From NCBI GenBank assembly GCA_017428495.1, contig JAFRQS010000026.1, positions 8,372 through 72,371 of the forward strand: a stretch of DNA of 64,000 bases, in the 5' to 3' direction. Origin of the DNA: Bacilli bacterium. GTDB lineage: Bacteria > Bacillota_I > Bacilli_A > RF39 > UBA660. Each line of letters opens with the position of its first letter. Positions within the stretch are counted from its first letter, which is position 1. Position numbers and translations under genes: made by a program. Positions 29,301-38,500 of the stretch are shown piece after piece. The notes below the pieces were generated by a model. It searched no databases. It saw only the letters and a list, made by a program, of their open reading frames with translations, and was not told the DNA's origin.

Positions 29301-29606
29301 CTATTTTTTCTTTCTAAAAAACGCTTTTATTACATATATCAAGAATATTATATATATTATAAGTAATAACCATACAAGTATTAAATTAACTGGGCCAGTT
29401 GTATAACTATTAATAACATCTAATAATGAATTATGAAAATATTTGTTTACTAAATTAGAAAATTCTCTAACTCCCAACAAATGATCAAGCCTATCTAGTA
29501 TTCTCAAAAACATATCTATTATGCATATTACATATACAATATTACTAAATCTTCTAAAGAATATTATAGTTAACACTAATAAAACTAATAAAATAATTAA
29601 ATCCAT
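29301..29606 (-). CDS. small membrane protein
   Basis: Three hydrophobic segments, 101 aa. Confidence 0.35.
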   Translation of the reverse strand: MDLIILLVLLVLTIIFFRRFSNIVYVICIIDMFLRILDRLDHLLGVREFSNLVNKYFHNSLLDVINSYTTGPVNLILVWLLLIIYIIFLIYVIKAFFRKKK

Positions 29607-29681
29607 ACTATCACCTATTTAATAATAACATATAAATCATTAACAAAAAAAGTAAACTAATAAAGTTTACTTATTTTTACA

Positions 29682-29758
29682 TGGCGTCCCCGGAGCGATT
29701 CGAACGCCCGACCGATCCCTTAGAAGGGGATTGCTCTATCCAGCTGAGCTACGAGGAC
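29682..29758 (-). tRNA. tRNA-Arg (anticodon TCT)
   Basis: Acceptor GTCCTCG/CGGGGAC, D-loop AGCTCAGCTGGATAGAGC, anticodon loop CTTCTAA, T-loop GGGCGTTCGAATCGCTC, CCA. Confidence 0.8.
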
Positions 29759-29798
29759 ATAACTCAAAGACAAATAGATTATATAACAAAAAAACTCT

Positions 29799-30755
29799 TT
29801 ATTCAAGAGTTTTTACAACACTTTTTACTATTTCCTCACCATTTATTAAAAACACAACATCTTTTACTTTATAATTATCCATAACAGATAAACCTATAGA
29901 ATATATTACTTCTTCTAAAATATTCTTTTCTTCTAAATTATCCAATATATATTCATTAAAAGTTAAATACATCTTATCATCTTTCAATTCATAATTTTCT
30001 AATTTTGTATTTAAATTCATAAAACTCATTAAATTATCTTCATAAATAGGCCCACTAGATAATTCATCTACTATTACCTTTACCTTGTCTTTATTTGAAT
30101 TATTTACTTTGGTAACAGGAACATAATAATAAGAATCATTGTTTTTTGATACATAATAAATTGTTGTTTTTGTTATATTTTTTGTATCTGTAATATCATA
30201 TTCTTTATTGATTCCAATATCTCTAGTTAATATACTTGGCAAATTTGTTTTAGTTTTGGGTAAGGCAGTAAGTAATTCATCTTCAACATATATTAATATT
30301 CCTTTTACACCATTAATAGATGTTAAACTATATACTATAGATTCTAACATTTTTTCTTCTAATTCTTTAGATATTTCTAATATTTCTTTAGAAAAATTAA
30401 TTTTTAGTAAACCATCTACTAATTTAATACTTTTAATCTCTGTACCACTAGGTATTATGCTTCTAAATCCATTAGGCACCCCACTTTCTTTTTTACCATC
30501 AATAATTAAATATTCTAAAATTTCTCTTACTTTCTTTTCAATATCATTTTCATTTACTAATACATTAGTTCTTGCTACATAGTTATCTTTATTTACCATA
30601 AATATTTCATGTGTTATATTTCCACTTGTATACTCTACGCTTTCACCCTTTAAACTAATTTTATCTTCATTCTTAGGAAATAATACAAACAAAAAACAAA
30701 TAAATAAAAGAATAGTTGTTATTGCTATCTTTTTCATAGTTATATTTTTTAACAT
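29799..30755 (-). CDS. GerMN-domain lipoprotein (GerM-like)
   Basis: Signal/lipobox-like N-terminus, two GerMN-like repeats, 318 aa. Confidence 0.5.
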   Translation of the reverse strand: MLKNITMKKIAITTILLFICFLFVLFPKNEDKISLKGESVEYTSGNITHEIFMVNKDNYVARTNVLVNENDIEKKVREILEYLIIDGKKESGVPNGFRSIIPSGTEIKSIKLVDGLLKINFSKEILEISKELEEKMLESIVYSLTSINGVKGILIYVEDELLTALPKTKTNLPSILTRDIGINKEYDITDTKNITKTTIYYVSKNNDSYYYVPVTKVNNSNKDKVKVIVDELSSGPIYEDNLMSFMNLNTKLENYELKDDKMYLTFNEYILDNLEEKNILEEVIYSIGLSVMDNYKVKDVVFLINGEEIVKSVVKTLE

Positions 30756-30820
30756 ATCACACCTCTAATTAATAATATGAATATGTTTAAAAATAATGAA
30801 AAAAAGACTAAAAAGTCTTT

Positions 30821-31339
30821 TTATTTAATCGTACCAGATTTTTCTACAACGCTACAACTTGTAAAACTATTATTTACTTCACATCTAGTCACAAATCCAT
30901 TTTCAGAATATATACAATATGAATTGTTATTGCCACTTTGACAGGACCAAATTGTTATATCTTCAACTCTGCAACGCACATATACTCCCACATAAGATGA
31001 TTCAATACAATTAGTTTCACCAAACAAAGTTTTTACATGATTCCATTCCGAATTAGTATCATCTTTTGTATTATATGCATTTTTACTTATACATGTAGGT
31101 TCATTATTTGTCATATTATATGTTGTACATACATATCTTTCACTTAAATTATTCTTATTGTATCTTATAAATACTGTTCTTTCATTATTACTATCATCTT
31201 TTAAATTTCTAAAATTTTCTTCTCCATCACTTGCATTTGTTATATTTCCAAATGCATATACCCATTCTAATTTTGTACAGCTAACATCATCTTTTGTACC
31301 TACACATTGCATATTATCAAATATATTACTTATTACCAA
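30821..31339 (-). CDS. Cys-rich protein without signal peptide
   Basis: About 14 Cys in 172 aa. No hydrophobic N-terminus. Confidence 0.3.
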   Translation of the reverse strand: MVISNIFDNMQCVGTKDDVSCTKLEWVYAFGNITNASDGEENFRNLKDDSNNERTVFIRYNKNNLSERYVCTTYNMTNNEPTCISKNAYNTKDDTNSEWNHVKTLFGETNCIESSYVGVYVRCRVEDITIWSCQSGNNNSYCIYSENGFVTRCEVNNSFTSCSVVEKSGTIK

Positions 31340-31440
31340 ATTACAAAAATTTGATTTTTGTAATTATTTATATACAAAAAAGTACAAATATTAGAACTAT
31401 ATTCTTTTATTTGTACTTTTATTTTTAATGTATACATATT
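31340..31440. repeat. about 100-bp intergenic repeat with hairpin (second copy 60268-60368)
   Basis: caaaaaagtacaaatattaga...tatttgtacttttatttttaat shared at both loci. Palindromic stem aaaagtacaaata/tatttgtactttt. Confidence 0.6.
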
Positions 31441-31458
31441 TTTGTGATTTATAAAAAG

Positions 31459-31719
31459 TCACTTAGTGACTTTCTCTAATGATATTTCTCCTAATTTCAG
31501 TAATTCAATAACTGCTGCTGTTCTTCCTTTTACTCCAAGTTTTTGCATAACATTAGAAATATGATTTCTAATTGTTTTTTCACTTATATCTAATAATGTT
31601 GCTATTTCTTTTGTGGTTTTATTTTGAACAAGTAAATCAAAAACTTGACATTCTCTTTTTGTTAATATTCCCAATAAATTCTCCTCACTTTCTATAGAAG
31701 AGGTATTAATATTATTCAT
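31459..31719 (-). CDS. LuxR/GerE-family HTH transcriptional regulator
   Basis: LTKRECQVFDLLVQNKTTKEIATLLDISEKTIRNHISNVMQKLGV is a LuxR-type C-terminal HTH. 86 aa. Confidence 0.7.
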   Translation of the reverse strand: MNNINTSSIESEENLLGILTKRECQVFDLLVQNKTTKEIATLLDISEKTIRNHISNVMQKLGVKGRTAAVIELLKLGEISLEKVTK

Positions 31720-31747
31720 ATTATTGTATGTAGAATATTCAAAAATG

Positions 31748-33019
31748 TTAATCTATATAAGTAAATTCATAATCCATTATTCTTACTGTATCACCACTAT
31801 TTGCACCCATCTTTTTAAGTTCTTCATCTATACCCATATTTTTTAGTTTCTTTGCAAATCTTAATGTAGCATCATTTGAATTAAATTTTGTCATTTTAAA
31901 TAGTTTTTCTACAGTATCTCCTCTTACAACCCAAGCATTATTATCTTTTGTAATAGTAAATGGTTTTTCTTTTTTAAATTTATATAATACATGACTTTCT
32001 ATTTGACTATCTTGATATAATGGTTCAGATTCTACCTCATCTAATATATCTGCTAGATGTGTTATTACTTCATCTAAACCAATATTCATCATAGCACTTA
32101 CTTCATATACTGGTAATTTTACTTTTTCTTTAAATAATTTTAGATTTTCTTTAGATGAATCTAAATCCATTTTATTAGCAATTATAACTTGTTTTTTATT
32201 TAATAGTTTAGGTGAAAATTCTTCTAATTCTTTATTTATTAACAAGTAATCTTCATATGGATTTCTTCCTTCAGAGCCACTCATATCTATTACGTGACAT
32301 ATTACTCTTGTTCTTTCTATATGCCTTAAGAACTTATCTCCTAGTCCTTCTCCTTTAGATGCTCCTTCAATTAAACCAGGTAAATCAGCCATTACAAATA
32401 CTCTATTATCTTTAGTTTTAACTACACCTAAATTAGGTGATAATGTTGTAAAATGATATGCTGCTATTTTAGGATTTGCTCTTGATACCTGTGATAATAT
32501 TGTACTTTTACCTACACTTGGTAAACCTACTAGACCTACATCTGCAAGCATCTTAAGTTCTACCTTTATATTTCTTTCTTCACCAGGTTCACCATGTTCT
32601 GATATATCTGGTGCTGGATTTGTAGGAGTTGCAAAGGCTTTATTTCCTCTTCCACCTCTTCCTCCATACGCAATTACTGCAGTATCTTCTTCTTTAATTA
32701 AATCAGCAATAACCATACCTGTTTCTAAATCAGTAACAGTTGTTCCTTCTGGTACTTTTATTATTACATCTTCTGCATTTTTACCATATTGATTTTTACC
32801 AGAGCCATGTTCTCCTCTTTTACCTTTTATCTCTTTTTTATATTTTAAATCTAGTAATGTACGAAGTCCTTTATCAACAGTAAATATTATGTTACTACCT
32901 TTTCCACCATTCCCACCATCTGGTCCTCCATTTGGTACAAATTTTTCTCTTCTAAAAGCAGTACATCCATCTCCACCTGCTCCTGCAATTACTTTTAATT
33001 TAACTTCATCTACAAACAT
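31748..33019 (-). CDS. obg: GTPase Obg/CgtA
   Basis: N-terminal Obg fold (FVDEVKLKVIAGAGGDGC). G-domain GLVGLPSVGKST, DLPGLIEGA, NKMD. C-terminal OCT domain. Confidence 0.9.
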   Translation of the reverse strand: MFVDEVKLKVIAGAGGDGCTAFRREKFVPNGGPDGGNGGKGSNIIFTVDKGLRTLLDLKYKKEIKGKRGEHGSGKNQYGKNAEDVIIKVPEGTTVTDLETGMVIADLIKEEDTAVIAYGGRGGRGNKAFATPTNPAPDISEHGEPGEERNIKVELKMLADVGLVGLPSVGKSTILSQVSRANPKIAAYHFTTLSPNLGVVKTKDNRVFVMADLPGLIEGASKGEGLGDKFLRHIERTRVICHVIDMSGSEGRNPYEDYLLINKELEEFSPKLLNKKQVIIANKMDLDSSKENLKLFKEKVKLPVYEVSAMMNIGLDEVITHLADILDEVESEPLYQDSQIESHVLYKFKKEKPFTITKDNNAWVVRGDTVEKLFKMTKFNSNDATLRFAKKLKNMGIDEELKKMGANSGDTVRIMDYEFTYID

Positions 33020-33591
33020 TATCTCACCTCATTTAATATTATTTGAGCTTTTTTAACAAAATAATTACTCTTATCATAATCAATTCCAATTTTATCAAAA
33101 TCTCTTATCATATCTTCTATATTATCATAATGATGATTTTTAGTTTTATCACTAGTATTTTCCATCTCAATCATTAAATATTTATCATTAACATTTTGAA
33201 CACATATTTCAATATTACCATTGGAATAAACAGTAAGCTTATCATATATTTTAAATAATACTTTATATCCAATAGATTTCATAAATTTTATTGCTGCATC
33301 TAGATTTTCTACTATACAATCTACTTTAGATTGATTTATTATATTTTCATTTTTATCATATTTCTTTGATTTATATGTTAAGCATTTTTTAGAATCCCCA
33401 ATTTTTCTTGCTAATATACATTTGTCTAATATATCTAAATCCTTCATATTAGTTATATCTAAATCTTTATTAATCATATATCTATCATATAGATCATATT
33501 TATCAACTATTTTAAAATCATTGCTTAATAAGTATTCATTTAATTTTTCAAAACTCCAATTTACTTTAACAGTTATTTCTAAATTTTTCAT
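33019..33591 (-). CDS. CYTH-like domain protein (class IV adenylate cyclase/triphosphatase fold), possibly inactive
   Basis: N-terminal EITVKV (degenerate ExExK), DRYM, ARKIG, KYLMIEME pattern similar to CyaB/CYTH proteins. Occupies the rpmA-obg interval where Bacillus has spo0B. Confidence 0.4.
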   Translation of the reverse strand: MKNLEITVKVNWSFEKLNEYLLSNDFKIVDKYDLYDRYMINKDLDITNMKDLDILDKCILARKIGDSKKCLTYKSKKYDKNENIINQSKVDCIVENLDAAIKFMKSIGYKVLFKIYDKLTVYSNGNIEICVQNVNDKYLMIEMENTSDKTKNHHYDNIEDMIRDFDKIGIDYDKSNYFVKKAQIILNEVR

Positions 33592-33639
33592 AACTCCACC
33601 TAAATAAATTATACTTTAAAATTAAGAAAAAAACTAGAT

Positions 33640-33921
33640 TTATCTAGTTTCATATACACTTACTTGAGTTTTAGTTCTTCCCTTACGTTCAAACTTAACA
33701 TATCCATCCATTTTAGCATATAAAGTGTCATCAACACCTTTACCTACATTTGTACCTGGAAATACTTTAGTACCCCTTTGACGATATATAATTGAACCAC
33801 CAGTAACAAATTCACCATCAGAAGCTTTAGCACCTAAACGCTTTGATTCAGAATCTCTACCATTAGTTGTAGAACCTTGTCCTTTTTTATGTGCAAATAA
33901 TTGAATGTTAAACTTCATCAT
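33640..33921 (-). CDS. rpmA: 50S ribosomal protein L27 (with N-terminal propeptide)
   Basis: [14 protein letters not shown] cleavage motif followed by L27 core. Confidence 0.85.
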   Translation of the reverse strand: MMKFNIQLFAHKKGQGSTTNGRDSESKRLGAKASDGEFVTGGSIIYRQRGTKVFPGTNVGKGVDDTLYAKMDGYVKFERKGRTKTQVSVYETR

Positions 33922-33922
33922 G

Positions 33923-34228
33923 TTAGCACCTCCTAATATCTATATTATCTTTATAATCTTTTTGTAATTCAGTTAATAAATTAATCATATTATTAAGTAA
34001 TTTATCAACTACTTCTGTATGTTTTAGTATTACTATATTAACACTACCTTTTTCATTAACTTTAATAGCATCTTTATCAATTGATAAGATACCATTAACA
34101 GTAGTTATTACAGTAGAACTTACTGCTGCACACACTATATCTTTCCCATACTCATCATATAAAGCATGTCCAGATATATTAATTTCATCTTTTTTAATTA
34201 ATATTTTTATCATATTATCTTTCTTCAA
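33923..34228 (-). CDS. prp: ribosomal-processing cysteine protease Prp
   Basis: About 100 aa with the INISGHA...VCAAVS catalytic Cys/His pattern. Sits between rplU and rpmA. Confidence 0.75.
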   Translation of the reverse strand: MKKDNMIKILIKKDEINISGHALYDEYGKDIVCAAVSSTVITTVNGILSIDKDAIKVNEKGSVNIVILKHTEVVDKLLNNMINLLTELQKDYKDNIDIRRC

Positions 34229-34517
34229 TACTAGTTATTCTAACTTTTGTATATGGTTGTCTATGTCCTTGCTTTTTATGATAGTTATTCTTTTGTCTAT
34301 ACTTAAATACAACTACCTTTTTTTGTTTACCTTGTTTAACTACTTCACCTTTAACAACTACATTAGATAAATAAGGTTTACCAGCAACTCCATTAACCAT
34401 TAAAACTTTATCAAAAACAACTTCTTTACCAACTTCAGCATCTATTTTCTCAACATATACTTCTTTATTTGGTTCAACATAATATTGTTTTCCTCCAGTT
34501 TCGATTATTGCTTTCAT
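34215..34517 (-). CDS. rplU: 50S ribosomal protein L21
   Basis: MKAIIETGGKQYYVEPNKEVYVEKI is the L21 signature. Confidence 0.85.
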   Translation of the reverse strand: MKAIIETGGKQYYVEPNKEVYVEKIDAEVGKEVVFDKVLMVNGVAGKPYLSNVVVKGEVVKQGKQKKVVVFKYRQKNNYHKKQGHRQPYTKVRITSIEER

Positions 34518-34650
34518 AATTTACCTCCTTTATTAAACTTAGACTCACCTTTTAAGGCACATTACGTTTAAAACCTTATCAGTGTGGTTGAAGACCGAGG
34601 TCTTTCAAACTACTAAATAATACCATAAATTATATGATAAGTCAAACATT
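34518..34650 (-). promoter_or_regulatory. putative L21-leader-like structured 5' UTR
   Basis: About 130-nt untranslated leader with hairpin (gaagacc/ggtcttt) between the upstream terminator (34660-34690) and rplU. Matches the position of the Firmicutes L21 leader. Confidence 0.3.
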
Positions 34651-34696
34651 TATATATAAAAAAACAAATAAGTATACTTATTTGCTTTTAATATTT

Positions 34697-34984
34697 TTAC
34701 ATTACATCATGACTAAGTGATGCATCATCTGCTTCATATTGATCTACTGCAGCATTTAAGAAACTTTGGAAAGATCTTACTTTATTTGGGAATCCACTTA
34801 ATTTAGCTTCCAATGTTTTATATGTTTCAACTAATTCATCAGCGCCCTTACTTTTTAATACATCATCTAAAGTATTCATTTCAGCGCTTAAATTTTTAAA
34901 TAAATCATCCATTTCTTTTGCTGCATTTCCTAATGCATTTGCGCAACCTCTAGCCTCATCATAACTCATGCTTCCTAGTGCCAT
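34697..34984 (-). CDS. WXG100-family-like small helical protein (EsxB-like partner)
   Basis: Start MALGS with GGAGGTG RBS. About 95-aa helical hairpin. Adjacent to a bona fide WXG100 gene. Confidence 0.5.
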   Translation of the reverse strand: MALGSMSYDEARGCANALGNAAKEMDDLFKNLSAEMNTLDDVLKSKGADELVETYKTLEAKLSGFPNKVRSFQSFLNAAVDQYEADDASLSHDVM

Positions 34985-35010
34985 AAATACACCTCCCATA
35001 TATTTTTATT

Positions 35011-35307
35011 TTATAATCTTGATGCGATATTTCTAATTGCATCTCTAGAATCTGCTAATCTTGTACCATGTTTTATTAAAATCTGACCAATTTGTTCTAA
35101 TACTGCACCTAATTTCTTGAAATCTTCTTCATAACTATGTATAGCAGTTACATATCCAGCACTATCAGCACCAGTCCAAGCTTTGGCTACTCTATCAGCT
35201 GTTTCATAAATCTTATCTTTTTGAACTACATAGCCATCATATATAGAAGTAACACTATTACCTTTTGTAATTAACCCTTCTGGATTAGCTTGAAATCCTC
35301 CACTCAT
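35011..35307 (-). CDS. esxA: WXG100 (ESAT-6-like) secreted protein
   Basis: 98 aa with central AWTGADS (W-x-G) motif between two helices. Confidence 0.7.
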   Translation of the reverse strand: MSGGFQANPEGLITKGNSVTSIYDGYVVQKDKIYETADRVAKAWTGADSAGYVTAIHSYEEDFKKLGAVLEQIGQILIKHGTRLADSRDAIRNIASRL

Positions 35308-35326
35308 TCAACTTCACCACCTTTCT

Positions 35327-35581
35327 TTATATTAATATTATTTTGGAACCATTAATCATTTTTGATTCCTTTACGGTAATATTAATATCATATACATTAC
35401 CTGATTCCACATCTATTATTACCGAATTATCTTTATCCGGATAATAACCATTAGTCATTTCTTTTAAGGCCTTTTCTATCAATTTTATAATTGTTGATAT
35501 TCTTTTACTAATAGGTATAAACATTTGATATCTTTCTTCTAATAAAGGTACTATAACTTCAACTAATACTTTGTTATTCAT
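35327..35581 (-). CDS. esaB: T7SS ubiquitin-like protein EsaB/YukD
   Basis: 84 aa with a beta-grasp pattern (VLVEV...IILI end). Immediately downstream of and overlapping essC. Confidence 0.65.
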   Translation of the reverse strand: MNNKVLVEVIVPLLEERYQMFIPISKRISTIIKLIEKALKEMTNGYYPDKDNSVIIDVESGNVYDINITVKESKMINGSKIILI

Positions 35582-38500
35582 AATCTTCTCCTTTATAACC
35601 TTCTTCAGTTGTTAAAAACTTAGTTAATACTGGTACTCCCCTTTTTACTACATATCCAAAACCAGTTTCTACATCTGCTTGAAGCTCTCTAGTAATCTTA
35701 GATACCTTAAGTGTATATTGTTCAGATATACCATTTCCTATCCATATACCTTGATTATTTTTCAATATAGCCTTATACCAATTATCATACTCCATTTTCT
35801 TAAATATATCAATAGTATCAAAGAAAATAAATTTAATTGTCTGAATCATATTTGCCGTTTCTACCAATAAATTATATTTGTTTTTAGCATCCGGACTTAA
35901 CTTCAATAATAATGAATCAATTCCAATTATTATACAAACAACTGGCTTAACATTATTAAATATTTCCTTGTTATAATTGTTATTTATATATACTTGTTTT
36001 TGCTTTTCAGCTGTTTGTTCTAATGATTCAATTATTTTATTAAAATCACTTCTATAATAGAATGTATTACCACTATTTACTGCATCTTTCAATAAATCAA
36101 GTGCATCAAATACAAGGATTGTAGAATTTTTAATTTCTTTAAATTGATCTATAAACGGTTTTATAAAGAAATTCATATTATCAAACTCAACTGCACTTAT
36201 CATTGTACCAATATTAGTATTGAAATCCCATGTAGATATTGCTAAACTTCCTTTATTTATACCAATTGGGATAGAATCAATTCCTTTTAATTTAGCATTT
36301 ATATCATCTGCAGTTACAACCTCTGGAAGAACAGCAACTGGTTCTGCAAATACATCTGCTTCAGCTTTCAATTTATCACATACCTCTGATATATGCTCAG
36401 ATAATTCTTCGGGATTATATGGATGTGAAGTTTGGAATTCATAAAGTGCATCTAATTTCACTAATCCTCTACCATACATTTTAGAAGGATACATCCTATG
36501 TACATTTCCTAATATTGAAGAATAATCTGTTTCATCATTCAATTGTAATACAAACTCTTGTTTAAAGTTTTGTCTCAATCTATATCTTACACTATTTGTT
36601 GAACTTACTGATAAAATAAATACAATTCCATACATTGAAGCTTCTCTAGTAAGCTGTAACATATGTTCTTCATGCATATCATAATTTTCATAGAATGCTT
36701 CATAGTTGTTGATAACTACAACAATTAAAGGCATCTTTTTATCTGATTTCTTATTATAGTAATTAAAATCACCATTGTACTCAGATAAAATTTTCTTTCT
36801 TTCACTCATCTTAGCAAATAACATCTTAAACAAGTTATTTACTTTTTCAACATCATTTACTAACAATACATCACCAACTTGCGGTGCTTTTTTATATGTT
36901 CTAAATATTTCAGATCCAAAATCCATGATATAAAAGTTAACTTCTTCTGCAGAATGATTAATAATTGTAGAATATACTATACTACTAATAAATGTATTTT
37001 TTCCACTTCCTGCTGCTCCATAGACAATTGTATTTCCCTCTTTAGATAAATTAAGAGTAAGTAAATCTTGTCTTTGATTAGCAGGGTCGTCATATTCACC
37101 TACAATTGGATTTATAATTCCAGGTTCAGGTACATAATTATATTTTTTAGCTAAATCTTCTACATAAATCAATTCTGGTATCTTATCTAACCATAATTGT
37201 TTAACTTCTATTTTTTCTTCCTTTGCTATATCTATTAAGTAATTAATTACACTAGATAATTGTTCTTCTTTAGAACTTTGATTTAAATCTTTTTCATCAT
37301 CAACATTCTTATATATATAACCTATGTTATCAATGAAATTAACAGCATTATCTACTTTCTTCTTTGGCTTATCGGTAGGTATATATGGTGCCCCACTCCA
37401 AGCCGCTAAACCTTGAGCAAAGAATTCATTATAACCTACTTGTAAATAGAATCTACCAACATTCTTAAGCATTGCAGCCTCTGGAGATTTAATCATATCC
37501 ATACTATCTTCTTTTTCTTGAACTTTCAAGCATATTCTAAATCTACTGTTACTCCAAATTTGATCGTTTACAACACCTGAAGGTTTTTGAGTAGCCAAAA
37601 TAAGGTGTACACCTAAACTACGTCCTATACGTGCTGTACTAATTAATTGATCCATAAATTCTGGCTGTTGAGTCTTTAATTCAGCAAATTCATCACAAAT
37701 TATAAATAAGTGTGATATTGGTTCTGAAACAACTCCACTTCTATATAATTTTTGATATTTATATATATCTATTGTACTCTCATTAGATATATCTCTTGCT
37801 TTATTAAATGCTTTTTGTCTTCTCCTTAACTCACTTTCAATAGAAGTAAGTGCTCTATTCATCTCAGCAGTATCTAAGTTTGTTATTGTTCCCGCTATGT
37901 GAGGAAGTTTTTTACCAGTCTCCTTATTCTCAAAAGCAAGAGCAACTCCACCACCTTTATAGTCAATTATTATGAATGAAACTTCATAAGGATGATAATT
38001 TACTGCAAGTGATAGTATATAAGTAATTATAAGTTCTGATTTACCACTACCTGTCATACCTGCTATAAGGCCATGTGGCCCATGAAATTTTTCATGTAAA
38101 TCTAGTTTAAATATATTACCTTGTTTATCAACACCTAATGGTGCTTGCAAACTATTTATAGGCACATTTGTTTGCCATCTATTATAAGAATTTAATTGTT
38201 CTACTTTACCTACATTATACATTTCTAAGAATGATATAGATTTAGGGAACGCTACTTCATCTTTTACTGTATCGATAGGAATATTAGCAAGTTTTATTGC
38301 ACACTCTGTCAAATCTAGTGTTTCATCATAATCAGCTATAAATTTCTTTTGTTTATTTGTTACTAACTCATCTTCAAATATAACACCTCTATTGTTATGA
38401 CCAATAGCAATAAAATTCATACATTCATTTGGAAGATTTGTAAGTTTATCATTTAATATTAATATTGAAAAACCATAATTAATTTTTTGATCCAAAATAT

